A DNA stretch of 63,890 nt, the filler included, from Chiloscyllium plagiosum (taxonomy: Eukaryota), in assembly GCF_004010195.1 (NCBI RefSeq). It is 5 parts of one record of this genome, joined end to end, with 100 filler letters (N's around TTAATTAATTAA, not from the genome) between each part and the next. Parts side by side here need not be neighbours in the genome. Positions count along the whole stretch, not along the records: positions 58,265 to 63,890 come from NC_057712.1; 4 more parts are not named here. One strand, given 5' to 3'. Both the position numbers and the translations under genes were made by a program. Below, one piece after another: positions 61,996 through 63,890 of the stretch; within the stretch, counting starts at the first letter, position 1, and each line of letters starts with the position of its first letter. The notes under the pieces are model-generated. The model saw nothing but the letters and a program-made list of their open reading frames with translations. It was not told the DNA's origin and did no database searches.

Positions 61996-62733
61996 TTAAA
62001 TTCTACCCTCCATATCTTCAGACAAATCCATTTTACCTGCTACACACACCTCACATCAACACTCATGTTCTGCCATTCTCTCTCCTGTACACAATATCTT
62101 TTCTTACTTGCTCTCCGCCACATGCCATAACAGTAACTTTAAATGTTTTCTGTGTTACCTCCTCAGTTCTTTGGTACACCTTGCCACCTTTCTCTCACAC
62201 ACATTCACCAGGATTAACAGCCATGATACTTACTGTAATCTCACTGCCACGTTTTTGCAACAGGGCAAAAAAAGCATGTATGGATGGAGGGGTGCCTGAC
62301 ACCCAGGACTTTGTTCCCTGCATGGAGAGAATCTTGGCCTTGGAGGGATGTAAAAATGTCCATCTCTCACTGAACGAGTAAATACCATGCTTCATTCCAC
62401 TTCAAATCTCAAATGAACTCTGCTGTCACCCTCAATCATTGAACAGTACTTTTAACTACTGGCTGTGACACCTTCTCTCTCTTGTATCTTGCAGGTTCTG
62501 CTAGCCTGCCCTTGCTCTCTGCAGATAAATGACCAGCTTCACCAGAAGCCACCTCCTCATCCTCTGAAAATGCGAGAATGGATCTGAGAGGAAGGATCAG
62601 CAAGACTGCCTCTTGCAAACCTGATCAGCTCAGAGATACTGACAGTTGTGGGTAACTGCAGACATAAAAGAGTATAGAGACACAATCTGATGAGCATTCC
62701 ATAGCAACAACACTACAGTTGGCCATGGAATAA

Positions 62734-62908
62734 GTCCCTCCTCCCTACCTTTTATTTTAGCCTGCTTGCCACACTTTCCTCATTCCTGAAGAAGGGCTCA
62801 TGTCCAAAACATCGATTCTCCTGCTCCTTGGATGCTGCCTGACCTGCTGCGCTTTTCCAGCAACACATATTCAGCTCTGATTTCCAGCATCTGCAGTCCT
62901 CACTTTCT
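62734..62908 (+). mobile_element. Solo PLE pLTR-like insertion with decayed hammerhead, 11-bp TSD
   Basis: cctgaagaagggctcatgtccaaaacatcga..ccagcatctgcagtcctcactttctc; TSD ccatggaataa at 62723-62733 and 62909-62919. Confidence 0.85.
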
Positions 62909-63134
62909 CCATGGAATAAATACACCAGGTTGCTGGGGAGGATGGCCAGAAACCAACCACTTGCCCAGTCAGGAGATGAGTCTGTGGTGTCAACAATCAG
63001 GGACTTTATCCAAATGCACAAGGCAGAACAGCAGTAACAGGCAAGCATATGAATTGCAATGGAGCTGCATCAGTACATTGAGTCATTTAATGGTCTGGTT
63101 GCTTCCATGGACAGGTTGGCAGCTGCCATGTTAA

Positions 63135-63348
63135 CTTCGAGGAGAAAGTGAGGTCTGTAGACACTGGAGATCAAAGCTGAAACTTTATTGCTGGAACAGC
63201 ACAGCAGGTCAGGCAGCATCTAGGGAACAGAAGATTCGACGTTTTGGGCACATGCCCTTCCTGAAGAAGGGCATGTGCCCGAAACGTCGAATCTTCTGTT
63301 CCCTAGATGCTGCCTGACCTGCTGTGCTGTTCCAGCAATAAAGTTTCA
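63135..63348. mobile_element. Young PLE-derived fold-back element (85-bp near-perfect hairpin), 16-bp TSD
   Basis: 63176-63260 versus 63266-63350 inverted with one mismatch; TSD gcagctgccatgttaa at 63119-63134 and 63349-63364. Confidence 0.92.
63258..63291 (+). ncRNA. Minimal type I hammerhead ribozyme, core intact
   Basis: ttc-CTGAAGA-A-GGGC(ATGT)GCCC-GAAAC-GTC-gaa; stem I ttc/gaa; predicted cleavage after C63288. Confidence 0.8.
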
Positions 63349-63485
63349 GCAGCTGCCATGTTAAGTCAGGTCCAGTGCAGTCAGGGGCTACTGGGCGGGG
63401 GGAGGTGTCATCTCAACCCACACTTCACCATCCTACTCAATGATTCTTAAGAATGATTCTGTTCGCCGAGCTGGAAGTTTTTGTT

Positions 63486-63525
63486 GCAAACGTTTCGTCC
63501 CTTGGCCAGGCGACATCATCAGTGC
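63486..63525 (-). ncRNA. Minimal hammerhead ribozyme, copy 1
   Basis: gca-CTGATGA-T-GTC(G)CCT(GGCCA)AGGGAC-GAAAC-GTT-tgc: intact core, stem I gca/tgc, palindromic ACGT helix III. Confidence 0.8.
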
Positions 63526-63643
63526 TTGGGAGCCTCCTGCGAAGAGCTTCTTTGATGTTTTCTCCGGAGTTTATAGTGGTCTGTCCCTGCCGCTTCCGGT
63601 TGTCAGTTTCAGCTGTCTGTTCGCCGAGCTGGAAGTTTTTGTT

Positions 63644-63683
63644 GCAAACGTTTCGTCCCTTGGCCAGGCGACATCATCAGTGC
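63644..63683 (-). ncRNA. Minimal hammerhead ribozyme, copy 2
   Basis: Identical to copy 1, 158 nt away. Confidence 0.8.
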
Positions 63684-63890
63684 TTGGGAGCCTCCTGCGA
63701 AGAGCTTCTTTGATGTTTTCTCCGGAGTTTATAGTGGTCTGTCCCTGCCGCTTCCGGTTGTCAGTTTCAGCTGTCTGTTGTAGTGGTTGGTATATTGGGT
63801 CCAGGTCGATGTGTTTGTTGATGGAGTTTGTGGATGAATGCCATGCCTCTAGGAATTCCCTGGCTGTTCTCTGTCTGGCTTGCCCTATAA

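Larger units (their letters stand above)
63458..63890 (-). mobile_element. PLE 3' end: open ORF C-terminus plus tandem 158-bp pLTR repeats
   Basis: Minus frame IGQARQRTAREFLEAWHSSTNSINKHIDLDPIYQPL matches a PLE GIY-YIG C-terminus; 63458-63615 is identical to 63616-63773. Confidence 0.9.

Noticed and set aside
63135..63348. Long inverted repeats read as a DNA-transposon MITE or miRNA gene
   Set aside because: Arms are asymmetric, TSDs are long and variable (11-16 bp), and the sequence matches PLE pLTRs attached to GIY-YIG remnants elsewhere in the window
1..63890. CRISPR arrays, operons or other prokaryotic systems
   Set aside because: No regularly spaced repeat-spacer arrays or gene-dense coding; the content is vertebrate retroelement DNA

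Overview
Eukaryotic, repeat-dominated vertebrate DNA. It is almost certainly an elasmobranch (shark) intronic or intergenic region, because it carries six HE1-type V-SINEs and dense CR1 LINEs of many ages. No confidently identifiable host gene is present; there are only two weak candidate spliced exons (4614-4699, 23068-23132). Most long ORFs in the track are CR1 ORF1 (zinc finger, coiled coil, SGNH esterase) or ORF2 (APE endonuclease, RT) fragments. Also present are Penelope-like element (PLE) remnants with GIY-YIG or N-terminal coding pieces, Harbinger transposase and Myb/SANT fossils, a Gypsy LTR with gag start, a solo LTR, Tx1/L1 and L2 remnants, and a Tc1/pogo-type MITE. The most notable signal is a population of short (about 130-230 bp) PLE-derived insertions. 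Most are bounded by 11-16 bp target-site duplications, carry minimal hammerhead ribozyme cores (CTGANGA-N-stemII-GAAAC-GTH) and often fold back into long hairpins whose inversion point lies at the ribozyme. At the window end, a PLE 3' end has a perfect 158-bp tandem repeat holding two intact hammerheads with a palindromic helix III, a dimer-competent arrangement. Several local templated duplications or inversions and clear assembly artefacts (N-TTAATTAATTAA-N spacers, exact 135-150 bp tandem duplications) are also visible.
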